Assembly: GCA_026023565.1 (NCBI GenBank)
Contig: JAPETS010000019.1
Span: forward strand, 310,001-374,000
Direction of reading: 5' to 3'
Length of the DNA stretch: 64,000 bases
Source: Cirrosporium novae-zelandiae
Lineage: Eukaryota
Part shown: positions 50,011 to 63,750 of the stretch, piece by piece
Layout of the letters: the number at the start of each line of letters is the position of its first letter
How positions within the stretch are numbered: position 1 is the stretch's first letter
Made by a program: the position numbers and the translations under genes
Notes under the pieces: model-generated
The model's input: only the letters and a program-made list of their open reading frames with translations
The model's database searches: none
Told to the model about the DNA's origin: nothing

Positions 50011-50287
50011 TGGAGATATAAGTGGTATAGGATGCTTATCTAAGAGGTAAAAAATGAAAGATTAATTGCGATTGCGCAGAGGGAACGGACTGGCGGAATT
50101 ACGGATCTACCGATTTTCCGATGATAAACCCCAGACATGTGGACACTTGGAGCTTTCTGACATCCAACACCAAATATCTTGAAAGCTTACGCAATGACTT
50201 CCAATAGCAATTGAATTCCTTTTTCCATTTTCTTCTATTTTATAATTCTTAGATTTGGGGAAGGGTGTCGGCGCTTAAGACGCCAAA

Positions 50288-51871
50288 ATGAAGTTCTCTA
50301 ACTTCCTCCCCACTATCCTTTCGCTATCCTCATTATTCTCCTCTATCGCAGCAGACACGAATACCAGCTCTTCCCAACAGATACTCAACAATGAGTTCAA
50401 GCCACCTCAAGTGTTCAAGAATGTCAACCTCCTAAGAATAAAAAATTTGGAAAAATCCTATGTCCGAGAGACAATCAATGTTGTCATTGAGAATATCGAT
50501 TCGGAACCGCAAAGCGAATACTACATACTATTTGAGGGAAATGAAATAGGTCATGTTGGAGGGCTTGAAGTCAGAGACAAAAAACGTCCAGACGAGCCAG
50601 CTTTCACATCCGAAATTGTCGGAAATGGATCTTACAGGTATTTAATTCATACTTGCGCCCCATTATGCTAGAGCCGCCACCTAATCCTTTGCCAGCTCCG
50701 CTCAATACTATATCGTTCATCTTCCAACGCCCCTTTCTCCTAAATCGCAGCAAACACTTAGTATAAAGTACAATATCCTCTCTCAGCTGCGCCCCAAACC
50801 CGCATCCATCCCTCAAACTGGGAATCAACATATTCTTTACGAATTTTCCTCCTACGTTCCATCTGCTTATGAAACTGCCTCCCAAAAGACCAGGATCAAG
50901 GTCCCCACAACGAAGATTTCACCCATCACTGGATCTCATAAGCCTGAATCCGAGGGTCGAACGCTTACTTATGGACCTTTCTCTGAGCCAATCCCGGCTT
51001 TTGAGACCTCCCCCGCTTCGATTCGTTACGAATATACTCACCCTCTCCTCACAGTACCCTCCCTGCACCGTCTCCTTGAAGTCTCACAGTGGGGTGGCAA
51101 CCTTGCGACGGAAGAATCCTATGACGTTCGCAATCGTGCGGCCAATCTCACCAACCAATTCTCCCGTGTTACTTGGCAGATGAATCAGTACTACAACCCA
51201 CCCACAACGGCCTTGAAAGACCTTCTCATACCGCTCGAGCGCGGCACCTCTGACGCCTATTTCACAGACGATGTCGGCAACGTCAGTACATCAAATTTCC
51301 GCCCTGGGACCAATACCCGTAATGGGCTCATTGAGCTCAAGCCACGGTATCCAGTTTTTGGAGGTTGGAAATACACCTTCAAAGTTGGTTGGAACTCAGA
51401 GCTGTCATTTTATCTGCGCAGTCTATCTCTACCTACCCCTACTTTTGTGCTGAAGGTCCCCTTCCTTGAGGGTCCAAAGGTTAGCGAGGGAATATCGTAC
51501 GAGGAGGTGGAAGTCAGTGTTGTGCTACCCGAGGGTGCGCGGAACGTGAAGTTTGAGACGGAGATTCCTATTACGGGACATGAGATCACTCTTCACAAGA
51601 CGTTTATGGATACTATTGGAAGGACACAATTGAAACTAAGGGCTTCGAATGTTATTGATGAGGATAAGGACAAGACATTGATTGTAAGTCGGGTCCAAAC
51701 TGACTCGAAAATGAAAGAATTTATGCTAATAATGTGCAGGTAACTTATGAATACCCCGCTGGTGCCATGTACCGCAAACCCCTAACGGTCTTTGCTAGCA
51801 CATTAGCCTTGTTTGGTGCAGTATGGTTATTATCATGTTTAGATACAAGTATAGGCAAAAAGGCTACTTAG
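50288..51871 (+). CDS. OST1: Oligosaccharyltransferase subunit ribophorin I, 3 exons
   Basis: Signal peptide; NLEKSYVRETINVVIEN; EVSQWGGNLATEE; YFTDDVGNVSTS; ELKPRYPVFGGWKYTFKVGWN; HKTFMDTIGR; C-terminal TM helix and KKAT ER-retrieval motif. Confidence 0.95.
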
Positions 51872-52769
51872 ATGATGCGGAATCTAGGTTTTTGGATGAT
51901 TTCAGAAAAAGGAAAAGGGAAGGGAAAATGTAGAGCTACCGTTTAATCGGAGTTTGTCATCCGTGAGCCGTCTAGAAGGGCTTCTAGAATTTAAGGAATT
52001 CATTGTATGTTTGGGAATGATATTTTGAATTATTACTTGATGTCGCGCGTATAGTTTCAATTCATAGTCGCTGTATTGTAACCCTGGGGTTGAATCAACA
52101 GTAGTTCGTGACGCAGTAACCTATCACAGTTCTTTTACCTTAAATGAGGACGGTAGTATAAAAGACTTTGGTAGTGTATTAATGAATTAACGTCGTGACG
52201 TTTACCTCGAGCCGTTGAAGCCACAGAATTAGCTGGTGAATGTTTAAATGTTTAAATGTACAACGTATTGCAGAGACCCCAACCTCCAACTTATCTAGAT
52301 GTTTCATCTCGGGGCATTAAGGCGTCTAGGGTCACTTTTTGTAGATCAGTGCTGCTGTCGATCTACAAGTAAATTGCAGTGACATCCAATCCTCATCGAT
52401 AAAATGGATACCAACACGTGTAATCACTAAGGCTATTCGCTTCCATGGTTTTATACATCATCTTCATTCCTCATCAACACTATTGCTACCGTTCTATCCC
52501 TTCTTCCTCAACCAGATAGTACACAGCCATCGTACTCTTACACTACTTACAAACCTCTACAGATTCAACTATCATACATGATAAAAAGAAATAAAGACAG
52601 GCAGGAAGAGGAAGTTCCCCCCAGAGGGAACTCTTTGAAAAGGTATCACGATGCATCAACCCCTTTTCCTATATTTGTAGAGGCTTAGACAGTGTACAGC
52701 TCTTCAAATACGGGAAAGAAGCGTTCGTTATACAGGCCAATGCCCGCGCAATTATCGTCCTCTCATTAT

Positions 52770-54074
52770 TCAAATATTAGAACTTGTTGGCTCCCCATTT
52801 CGTGTTTCCGACGTCACCTCTACCACAATTTCCCTAGTGATCGCCTTGGTCGAATCCCCATCTTCATCACTTCCGTGGTGCCTTCTATCATTTTCATCAT
52901 CTCTGCCCATATATGAACCCAACGGAATGCTACTACTAGCATTCCTAGATCTCCCTGTACCATAGGTACCATATGGCATTGATTTTGAGGGCCTCAGCGA
53001 ACCGCTGCGGGTACTCCGAAATACCCTTGGGAAAACATAGTCGAACAAAGGTTTGATTCCTGGTATACTTGTGGTTATGATTCCCACTGCAAGTTCGATA
53101 CCAGACCAAATCGATACACCATAGGTATTCCATGAAGCGTCGTCGCCAGTGTATAAATTAACGATATAGACCATTCGGATTATGCTGGCTATGCATGCGC
53201 TGTTGACGGTGAAACGATCAGCTATTCCATTGCGCCGTGTATAAAAGGTAAGGATACAGCATGGAACTTACAAGGCTCCCAGAGATAGAAGAATGATAAG
53301 GACAGCCTTGTTTCGGCGCGGAATTTTGAGAGCTATTTATCCATTAGTATATTTCTGAGCTGGAATGGAATTCTTAACTAACAAAGAAGTGTAGGTATTG
53401 GCATCACGACAACCCAGATGTCAGTCACAAGTGTCAACGCTGCTGTCGTATACCAAAATGACAGAGCGTTGAAACATGTGTAGTTTGAATACTTGGTAGT
53501 ATCATAGACGGCGCCGATCGGATTACATTGAAAAACCGTGGCAAGAACAAAAGCGAGCGTCATAGTGCCGATGAAAGCGAACGTAGAAAGAATGAGCTTT
53601 CTCATTCCTTTAAACAAGCGAAGGTATAAAAAGAGTGTAGAGAATTTAATTAAACAACTAATAACAGGATAGACAATATGGGTTACCCATCGAAGCTGGT
53701 ATCACTTGTCAGTTATATCAATTACTGAATGGCTCAATGGACTGCAAACCTTATAGGAAGGAATGACATCTGATTTATGCAGCGCGCATACATGTTTCCC
53801 GGTTCCATACTGGACGCCTGATTTATGTCAGAAACATTATCATATAGAACTGGTTATATGAAGACTTACCAAGACCAGCGACCATAACATTAAGAATAGC
53901 AATGATAGTTCCAGCGATAATTGTCCAGTCATCCATTCCCATTTGCTTCAGAATGAGTGCTCTTGAAAACGTACGAAGGGCAACGACCAAAGCCGCCACT
54001 CCTGTTATTGATGCATTGATGATAATGATTGTAGGACCACGGTTCTCGTCCGTACGGCAGCTGGAGTCCGACAT
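52770..54074 (-). CDS. PTH11-like (fungal rhodopsin-domain) 7-TM membrane protein without CFEM, multi-exon
   Basis: VALRTFSR...MGMDDWTII, GTGKH, IKFSTLFLYLRLF, FQCNPI, TDIWVVVMPIPTL, IWSGIELAVGIITTSIPGIKPL. Confidence 0.9.
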
Positions 54075-55326
54075 GTTCGGATGTCTACGGTCTACAGAAA
54101 CAACCTTAAGGTAGGCGACAGTACTACTAAATAACAGGAATATCTATCAAAGGAGCAGTTGAACCCCATGTCAGGACTTTTACCATGGTGCAGATTCCAT
54201 AAGCAGCTTGGATATTCCCTGATTAAATTTCCATACTTGGCAATCCCCTCACACACTTTTCGGAGAAAAGGTCCAGCACAGAAGGCTCATAACAAGACAA
54301 AGAGAGATTCTAGGCCGACTCCAGACTGTTTCTATTGTATCCGTCATATCTTTCAATACAGTACCGCCGACTTTGGCTATTGTTCACTATGGAGTGTGGC
54401 TATAGTCATTTCCAAAGCGGTATCGTCATTATCTCCGGATACGATCAATATAACGATACTAGGATCGTTACTTTATTATTAACATATTCGTATGACTGAC
54501 CATTGATAGAGAAAAACGGCTGCACGTCAACCAATAACCAGGGGTGGTAGGATTCGGACGTCACCTCAGATATATCTCCCTGGCATATATTACACCTCAT
54601 GTAGTAAAAAAAATTTCAAACCATTGAGTTACAAGAGCCACCGGTTCGAAGCGATAGAATTAGTTGATACCATGTAAGGTAAGTGTCGGAAGGAAAAACA
54701 CTCAGGTGGCAATGGTACGTGGTCACAAAATACATAAAACTGAACTAGTCAAGGGATCAAATCGGATCAAGGCCAGTCACCACAATGGTCAACCCACTCC
54801 ACAGATGGCCATGCGTTCAAGATAACCAAAGCGGGACATCAAATGCGCTCGGTTTAGCTTGGCGGCACTTTTACCGAAGTAATAGGGCTGAAGTGGATCT
54901 CTATATCTTACGTGCCACGCTAAATACGAGAATTAGCCGCAAGACCAAACACTGCCGTCCGGTTTAAACAACGGTAACCTTGAAGACATCCCCCGTGTCG
55001 GTGAAAGCATTGACTCAAGCCTAATCTTTTTGACGTGTTTTTCGATAAAGCCATCTAGAGGATTCTCGACGCTTCAACTTAAGATCTCGAAGAGAATCCT
55101 CCGTCAATAAGCAAGCTAACTATTGATATTCTATTGTTTCTCGCTTGTGGATCTGAGCATGATCGTGAGACCCTCTACTTGGTACAAGCTAATCTTGATA
55201 TGTTCCTGGTCCGCCTACCCCTGAAGGAATATCTGTAGATTGCCATGCAATAAATCAGCCAAATTGCACCTGGTATCTCTTTTTCCTCAAGTCACCCACT
55301 CCTGAATTTATTTTTCCCGTCTCTTC

Positions 55327-56581
55327 ATGCACGGCACAGACATGCATGGATCCATGTCTTCCACTGGCCTTTTAGGCAGTGTGATTCTAGCCCTTCTCCC
55401 GCATCTCGCCCATGCCACCTACAACATCGACTCAAGCTTCAAAGTCGATGTTCATTCCCATGTCGTCCCAGATGTTTGGCGTGAGGCCTTGATCAGTGCT
55501 GGTTATACCGTGACGGATGGCACGCTCTACACCGATGGCTTCCCCGTTCCCGACTGGACGCTAACCGGCCACATTGCTGCCATGGATACCTATGGCGTCA
55601 ATTATTCAACTCTCAGTGTCAGCGCTCCTGGAGTCTTTTTCCTCGCCGATGATGCTACTGCTGCCGCCAGTCTGGCTCGCAAGGTTAATCTTGCGATGTA
55701 CAACTACACCCAGACATACCCCAAAAGACTTGGTGCAATGTGTCTCCTTCCCTTGCCCCATGTGACAGCCGCTTTGACAGAGCTCGCCGTATGTATCTCC
55801 ACCTTCCGCCAAGCCCCACGCATCTAACCCCCACCGACAGTATTGCCTGGACACTCTAAATTTTGATGGTGTGGGCATGTACACTAACTCCAACGGCACC
55901 TATCTTGGAGACTCTACCCTCGATCCTATATTCAGTGAACTCAACACCCGCAACGCAACCGTCTTTGTCCATCCCGCCGCACCTGGCTGTTCCGGTGCTG
56001 GACTCGGCTGGCCCTCCCCCATGACCGAATATCCATTCGACTCCGTCCGTGCCATGGAAAATATGCTCCTAACGGGTCAACGTGCAAACTACTCGACCTT
56101 TCCAATGATCTTCCCGCACGGTGGTGGGGCATTGCCGTACCTGGCGACCAGGATAGCGGGCATGGCCAGTCTGAGCTTCATGGGCAGCTTCAGCGCCAGC
56201 GAGACGTTGGCACAGTTCAAGAGTTATTATTTTGATACCGCTTCTTCAACTTCAGCGGCTCAGCTCTTGGCTTTGAAAACATTCTTTGGTGGGGTTTTGA
56301 AAATTGTGACTGGGACAGATTGTAAGTTTCTTTTCTGGTCATCATTGCCATCAAGTCCAATCCAGACTCCGTACTCTCCTCACCTCTAACCAATCAAACC
56401 ATCTAACAAAAAAAACCACGAACTAGATCCCTACGTTCCCACAGCCCAAGCCAGCTCGGGGCTTTCGGCCATCCAATCCAATGGCGAATTCACCGACAGC
56501 CAGATGGCATACATCAACAATCAGAACGTCCTCGGCATCTTCCCTAAGATTGTGTCGAAGTTGAATTTGACTAGCTCCTAG
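55327..56581 (+). CDS. Amidohydrolase-2 family (ACMSD / aromatic-acid decarboxylase-like) with signal peptide, 3 exons (start 55327 or 55354)
   Basis: VDVHSHVVP, LSVSAPG, GTYLGD, VFVHP, IFPHGGGALPYL, YYFDTA, GTDYPY; hydrophobic leader GLLGSVILALLPHLAHA; TAG 56579-56581. Confidence 0.9.
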
Positions 56582-57673
56582 ATTGGTTGAATGGAATGAG
56601 TGTTATCGATCGACTGGGTCGTAGATGTATATAGTATATAAAATATGTATATATGTATATATGTATAAATGTAACATACAGCATATGTGAATAGTTAATA
56701 TTCGTTGGGTAGTATCCTATCACTTAATAACTAACAAGTAACATAGCCATCCATATGTTCTAGACCAACAAGCAAAAAAGACTAAACTAGTAGTAAATCA
56801 TTAACTCAAATTTCGACAACACCACCTGCCACCTTACTAGCACCTGCCTGTTCCATTATTCCCTCACCCCCCCAAACATTTCTTTTACCCGGCCTTCTAC
56901 CTACTTCCTTATTTAAAAGAGGAAAAAAAAACACCAAATTTCAAAATCCACGGATGATTTCTTTTTGAACCAATAGGAGTTAAAAATTAATATCAACCAG
57001 ACAATGTCCATTCATTTCTCAATTAATAAATTCAATTAACTTAAAAAACCAAGGCTGGCTGCAGTAGTACTATTTAGACATATATATCTTAATAAAAACA
57101 AAGGGAGAGAGGAAAGTAGACAAAAAAGAAAGGGGGACTAGAGATGTGAGTTTAGCATAACCTTGATGCTCTTTTTTTTTCAATTGTTTCAAGTAGACAT
57201 GAAACTGACTTGTTTTTTAGAAAAGTTGAGAATCGAGATGCTTAGGTATACACCTTCACATAAGCTATAAACTAGGGATTCGGAAAAGTAGAGTAATTAG
57301 GTAGGTAGGTAGGTAGAGTAAATTAGGCCAGGGACGCCTTCCTGTGTGTGTGTGTGTGTGTATCGAATGCCATAAATACCAGGTAAGGGAGTTCGCATCC
57401 CTTAATCCGCGCTAACGATTTCGTCAGTCACACATACCTGATTATTACCAGTGCGTGTTCTTCTCCGTGTATAAATATTCTTCTCCTTGTGTTTGTATAC
57501 ACCATTGAAAAAGTAAGTAAATCCCCGTACCAGGAGACAGGGGGGTCAATTATCCTAGTAATTAGCCCTCTCCTCCTCATCCCTTGTCCATCTATCTATC
57601 TATCCAGGGGAACTATCGGGAGTACCCACCGTGGGCTATGATCTCAATTGCGTACGTGCGCGCGGTCTTTTTT

Positions 57674-57716
57674 GTATCTTGTATCTGTATCTGTATCTGT
57701 ATCTGTATCTGTATCT
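57674..57716. repeat. (GTATCT)n microsatellite
   Basis: About 7 units. Confidence 0.85.
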
Positions 57717-60194
57717 ATTGTCTGTGTACTGTAATTATTAGATAGAGATAGACCACATTTTTGGTAAGTAGGTATGTTCGGTTGATTGATCAGATCAGAT
57801 TAGATGAGTAATTGATTAATTAGATCGCTTCGCTCATTCACCTATTTGCTCATCCCCTGTGCACATCAGCATAACTGACCCAGGGCTTGTTGGCCAACGA
57901 CCAGGAACTTAGTCACTTTCTTCACCAAAAGTCGGTTACTCCCAGCTCCGACTTCTAACTAAGTACGCCAAGGATCAAAATTTAGTGAAAGTAACCAACT
58001 CTAGGTCGGCTACGTTATCTATGTTTTTTTCCGTGGAAGGGATGTATAGAATTAAATTTATGAAGAATATGCTATCTAATCTTGGCACTTTGAATATCCC
58101 AGAAGATCGATACCAATATACAGTATCTCTACCAGAAACCACATACGCATTTATCATTTATGTCTACTCGAGTATATATATACTACTAACTGTTACACAT
58201 TTGCTCACTTTGCAGCATTTGTCTGGTTTGCTGTTTGCTGCACAGACCCCTCAGAGGGGGGTATATAGGGAATATCATTAGAATAGAACTCACTATCCAT
58301 CTTAAAACATACAAAACTGACCTTAACCAACAAACCCATTTGCACTAACTACCTCCAACGCCCCCCCTCTCTCTTCAATTCTTCAAAATAATAATAATAC
58401 TAATACTAATAGGTATATATGAAGTCCTAATGGTTACTTATATTATGCATGTATTCACTTCATCATATCATATTGCACTTGCGAATATCTTATTCCTCCT
58501 ACACACTTTTCTAACAAAGAGAAATGAGAAGAGTGGGGGGTATGCGAGGTAAACAAATAAGTAATCTCCCTTCCCTTGGAAAGAACATTCGACAATTAAA
58601 AGCAAGTCAATATAGACTATCTAGTTTTTTTCGTTTTCGTTTTCGTTTTCGGTTTTGCTTGCTTGTTTTTAGGGTTTTTTTATCTTATAATTAGTTAACG
58701 TCCGAAGGAAGAAAAGGAATGGAAAAGAAAGAAGGAAAGGGAATAATTGGTGTTAGCACGTTAAGCACGTACAATATGTTCACGTTGGGTTATAGCAAGG
58801 CGCAGTCAAGGTTCATGCGTATGCAAAGCAAAACACTGGCTTTCGATGGTCCGTCCGGGTATAAAAGTTAGTATAGGTAAGCAGATAGCGGAGAACGGGT
58901 AAGTTCAACCAAACGTTCCCTTTCGGCTCGGTTTGATTTTTATTGTGTGTGTGTGTGAGTGTGTGTGTGCTGAGTTTGGCTTCCTCCTTCCTCCTCCTTA
59001 CCAAAGAACTGGGACCCCGACGCCGGTCTACAGAGCGCACACAACCCGCTATGAATCCACTACTTGTACTACTAGTTATCTCCTTACCAAAAAATCAGTC
59101 AACGATCAACCCCCGGTCTTAGCCCGACTCACTCCAGGGTAGGCAGGTAGGTTACGTTGATAAACTACGCTATGCGATAATCACGTTTTTGCCTAATTAT
59201 TTGCTTTTTTGTTTATTTTACCCCCGTGTTTGTAATCCATTCCATGGTGTATGTTAACTAATTAGGTAACTAGGTAACTCCGTATTGGATTTTGGATTCG
59301 TGGTTTGTGGTTTGGGGGGGTATACCTACGCACTACCTGGCGGTCACTACTATCACTACCACTACCAGGTCTATTTACTTACCACCTACCCACGCCACCC
59401 TCTCTCTCAAGCCTACTAGCAACAAGCACTGCGGCTCACCGCCAAAACCTCTGCTTCTAACCTGATTTACTTTTATATATATAACTTATCTTGTTGTTGC
59501 ACGGCTCTAAACGCTATTATAGCGAAACATGGCGACATGATAGTAGGACTAGCCAGTCTAAGGGCAAGAGGTGCCTACGTGATTACGAGAGCCGAAGGCC
59601 GAAAGAAAACCGCGAGCAAGCAAGCAAAGGGGAAAGGGGCTTGTTTTCCACTTGGTTATAGACTACAGACCACAGCACTGCCTCGGGGCAAGAGGCTTGA
59701 GAGATAGTCTACAGTAGACTAACTATATACAAACTACATACGACGAGCGAGCTGAGCTTTCTATTCAATAGAGGCGACAGCGAGAAGGGGGGAGGTGTTC
59801 AATACCTTCTCGGTATGTTATACTGCTTCTTTTCTCTCGCAATCAATGAATATGAATTCTCACGGTCTATATTTTATAATCTATTTTATTTATGCCGCCT
59901 ATCAACTACAGTACTCCTTTGTAAATATAGATATGTTTGGTCCGTGGCATGGTGTTGTCGAAGCTTGATTCTATTATAACACCTAGGATTTCATCCCCTT
60001 TTACACGATATTCATTCCTAAAGGTTGAGCCGGGTCACGGTATATGTCAATCAGTGCACGCATACGTGTATGTATGCCAGGATTCACCTAACCTCACTTC
60101 ACTTTATCATGATCCTTCTTTCACCAATACTCCGCTAACTTCTTCTAGGACTTTGTGATGTTAACAAACAGCTGTTCTTTTCCTATTCAGCAAT

Positions 60195-60197
<3 letters not shown>

Positions 60198-60237
<40 letters not shown>
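60198..60237. repeat. (TC)n microsatellite
   Basis: About 20 dinucleotide units. Confidence 0.9.
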
Positions 60238-60240
<3 letters not shown>

Positions 60241-62112
60241 CACACATATAATAAGAACCAAACCTTTTCCATTTTTCCATAGGAAAAAAGATAAAATAAA
60301 TGCGTCTCTAAACGATAGTGGGTGAAATATTCTGTTTCGCCCTTGCTTGGTGTGTGTGTGGCTAACTAACAAGCCAACAACCAACTATGCTACAAAAAAA
60401 TTAATATCTCTTTCCCCTCTACATATATTTCTAATTCTAATTCTAACATCAGATGCCAAGCGCCAACACACGGCGGCAGAAAAGTACCCTATCATGACTA
60501 TCCATCCGTATCTCCGTCCATATCTCTACTAGAAAACGCGGAACTAACCAGTACCACCACAACAATAATGAAAATAAAAATAAAAATCAAAAAACCTTCC
60601 ATATACATGTGGACTAAACTATTTTGCTTGTTTGTTCGAACCACAAAACGAAATCAATTAATACCTACGTTTTCCATCTCGCTTTTGATAACGACAACAA
60701 CACCTCCTTTACGCTATCTACACTATCCTATCGGATTCTCAACAAAAATGTCCTAGATCTAAAGAAAGAGGGAAAGCACAAACCAAACCTAGTAAGCTAT
60801 TAGAACAGAGAAGGTCTTTGTTGTTGTCAGCGGATATGGTGGACGTGTGTGAAGATTTATACGATTGATAGATTGATAGATAGATCATAGAAAGCGCCAC
60901 CACCACCTCCTCCTCCATCAAGATTGGTATAAAATTAACTCATAGAATTCCATCCGATAGCGACTTTATCTCTGACTTTGACCTTCCTAAAAAGCGTAGC
61001 TTTACTCTACTGCTTCCACTGGGCCAGAGCAAGTAGCTTGCTTCGCGTGAAAGAAGTTCGTACGAGTGATAATCTTTCATCTTGGGAACGCTAGAGAGGT
61101 AAGGTTATTACTACCCTTACTCAACCCATCCATCCATTTTATTACCTATTTCTTGCTACCCAAGATCATTCCAGCGCCAATGCCAGTGCGCAATGTATAT
61201 CTCAAGGCGGCGTGGTCGTCCACTCACTCTCCCCGCTCTACCCTCTACCACACAAGAAGGGACTCCTCCTTCCCTCTTCGAATAGGATTATATATTCCCA
61301 ACAGGTACATGTACAGTACCTTGCTAGCAGTTAGTTCTCCAAACACGACGAAACGAAACGAAATATTTATATTTATAGAGATGGAGATAGAATAAATATA
61401 ATATATATCAATATATTTTAATATATAATGGTATTATTAATTTTAATAATCTTGACCATGACCATGATGACGGAGGACGGGGTCGAGTGGTTGAAGTCTC
61501 TCTGAGGCAGGGGAAGCTTCCATGAAGCTCTTTTCTTCGATGTCTCGGGCCTCAAACGACATGGAATTTCCATATTCGTTCATCTTAAATAAATATCCGT
61601 ACTATCCTATCCTTCCCTATCCTCCTATCCTATCCTATCCTAAGAACCTGCCTACCTAGGTAGTTTTATCTTTCCCCCCCTCAATCAGTTGGTCGGTCGG
61701 TCGGTCAATCATGATCAAAACCGTAATAAAGAATTCCCATATAACCCAACCCAACCCAACTAACCCAGCTAAATAAGTAACTAAGTAGCTAAGTAGTTAG
61801 TTGCATTTCCAAAAGCTGGAGCTGGAGGGAGGAAGCTCTAGGCATGATAAGACAAGTACCATACTATACGACCGCTCAATCCTCAATCCTCAATCCTCAA
61901 TCCTTCACTTCACTTTCACTTTCACTCCAGCATCATATGCTATACTATTGTATCTAAAATATGTGAAATTGGCAATCGAAAAAAAAGCAAACAACAGTTA
62001 AAGACAGTGGTCGCTAGATAAAGCAAGTAAGTGAATAAGTAAGTAATCAATATGAGAACTCTTTTTTTTGGCTCCCTAGATGAGATGAGATCGCTCGGGA
62101 ATATTTGTTGTT

Positions 62113-62116
<4 letters not shown>

Positions 62117-62149
<33 letters not shown>

Positions 62150-62150
62150 T
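62117..62150. repeat. (TTTA)n microsatellite
   Basis: About 8 units. Confidence 0.85.
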
Positions 62151-63750
62151 AACTGTATATATATACAACCCTGACTCTGTATTTAGATATTCTATATTTC
62201 GTATTTCGTATTCCGTATTTCGTATTTCTTAACCTAAGGCTTTTGTGATGCATCGACGTATAACGATAGATATAGTACTACACCTACACCTACTACTAGA
62301 ATCAGGAATCAAAAATCAAGGATCTGATATCTACTCTGCTGTAGGCGTTGCAAGCTACAAGTAGAATATTATTATTATAACTTGATCATTTATAGAGTAT
62401 AGAAGAAGTGGGGGGGTAAATAAATAAGTCATCAGTCAATGAATAAGGGAGTGAAGGAGGGAAGTGAATGGGGCTTTTGTTTGGTGTGTTTGGTGTAATC
62501 TAGAGGCAGGGAGGAGGAAGGAGAGAGGGATACCAAAATTTGAAAAGTGAATTCGGGTTCCATGATTATAATATATATATCCAAGATCCTTCCTTATCAC
62601 ACCAAAACATCGTAAGAATATCATAATCATTAGAGCTAATCTATATCCTTATCCTCAGTAAACCAAAAAAAAAGGGAAGAAAAAGGAATAATTAACTTTT
62701 TAATAACAGCCAGATAATAATAATCAAGAACTCCCTTATTCCTGATTTTTCTACTTTGCAAAAGGAAAATCTATCTAAGCATGCATGTAGAAAAAAACAA
62801 ATCAAATCAAGCAACTAAATAAATTATTTACTGGATAAGATGAAAGGGGAGAAGGGGAGAGCGGATAGTTCCTATACACTTAGACTAGTATATTTGAGCC
62901 CTGCCACTCACGGCTCACGGGGTAATACTATACTGCACCATACTATATCGTCCGTTGAGGGTATATCTATAGTAACCCTCCCAGTGTAGTTGTGATTTAT
63001 ACAAGTTACAGTATCTATCCATCCCACTTGCGTGGTTTACTATACTGTACTCTTCTATAATAATTATATTGGAACGGGTTTTTTGATTACTGAATCTTTT
63101 TTCTCTTGAATTGTTGGAATGAATTGTCTTGGAAATGATACTGGGAGGTTCTATGGTTGGGATGGGGTTCTGGATGAGCATGAGCATGAAGCTAGGGTTG
63201 TGGAGATGGTGAATAAGACGCATGTACAGTAAATCCATAAGCAAACTACTAGCTACACAATCATCAAAATCTTCATCCATTCATTTGCCATTTTGTCATG
63301 GTAATCATTTATACTAATTAGCGACAGTTCGTGTACAAGGCAATACCAGTTCATCCATCCATCATTCATTCCCATCCGATATTTCAGTGTGTGTGTGCAA
63401 CCTAAAAGAAGGCCGGCTATAAATAACAAAGTCATTAAACAACATCATTCAACAATAACCAAGATAAAAGGGAGCCCTGCTTTCCTCCTCTCTTCGTCAA
63501 ATACTAAATCCCGAATGGAACGTTGCAAAAAAGTGAAAAGGAAAAAGTAAAAGGGAATGTTAGAGCGTTGTTGTTGTTGTTGTTGCGACTCGGTGAGTCG
63601 CTGCGAGTGTGCCTCCCTTCCCAAGTCTTCAAAATACGTGCGGTGCCAGCCTAGAGCGATAACTTTCAGAGACATACCACCCTCCTTTTTTAAATGCCTT
63701 TGACAGGTACTTTAGTATACTGTACGTCATTACCCTAACTTCTTTTCTCG

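Noticed and set aside
57385..57403. AAGGGAGTTCGCATCCCTT hairpin resembling a tRNA T-arm
   Set aside because: No accompanying D-arm, anticodon arm or acceptor stem.
61462..61507. C/D snoRNA-like ATGATGA...CTGA
   Set aside because: Only about 42 nt between the boxes, too short, and no recognisable rRNA guide sequence.
56600..63700. Telomerase RNA gene and the short ORFs listed in this interval
   Set aside because: No exact TAACCCTAA template noticed on either strand; the ORFs are microsatellite-derived or compositionally non-coding.
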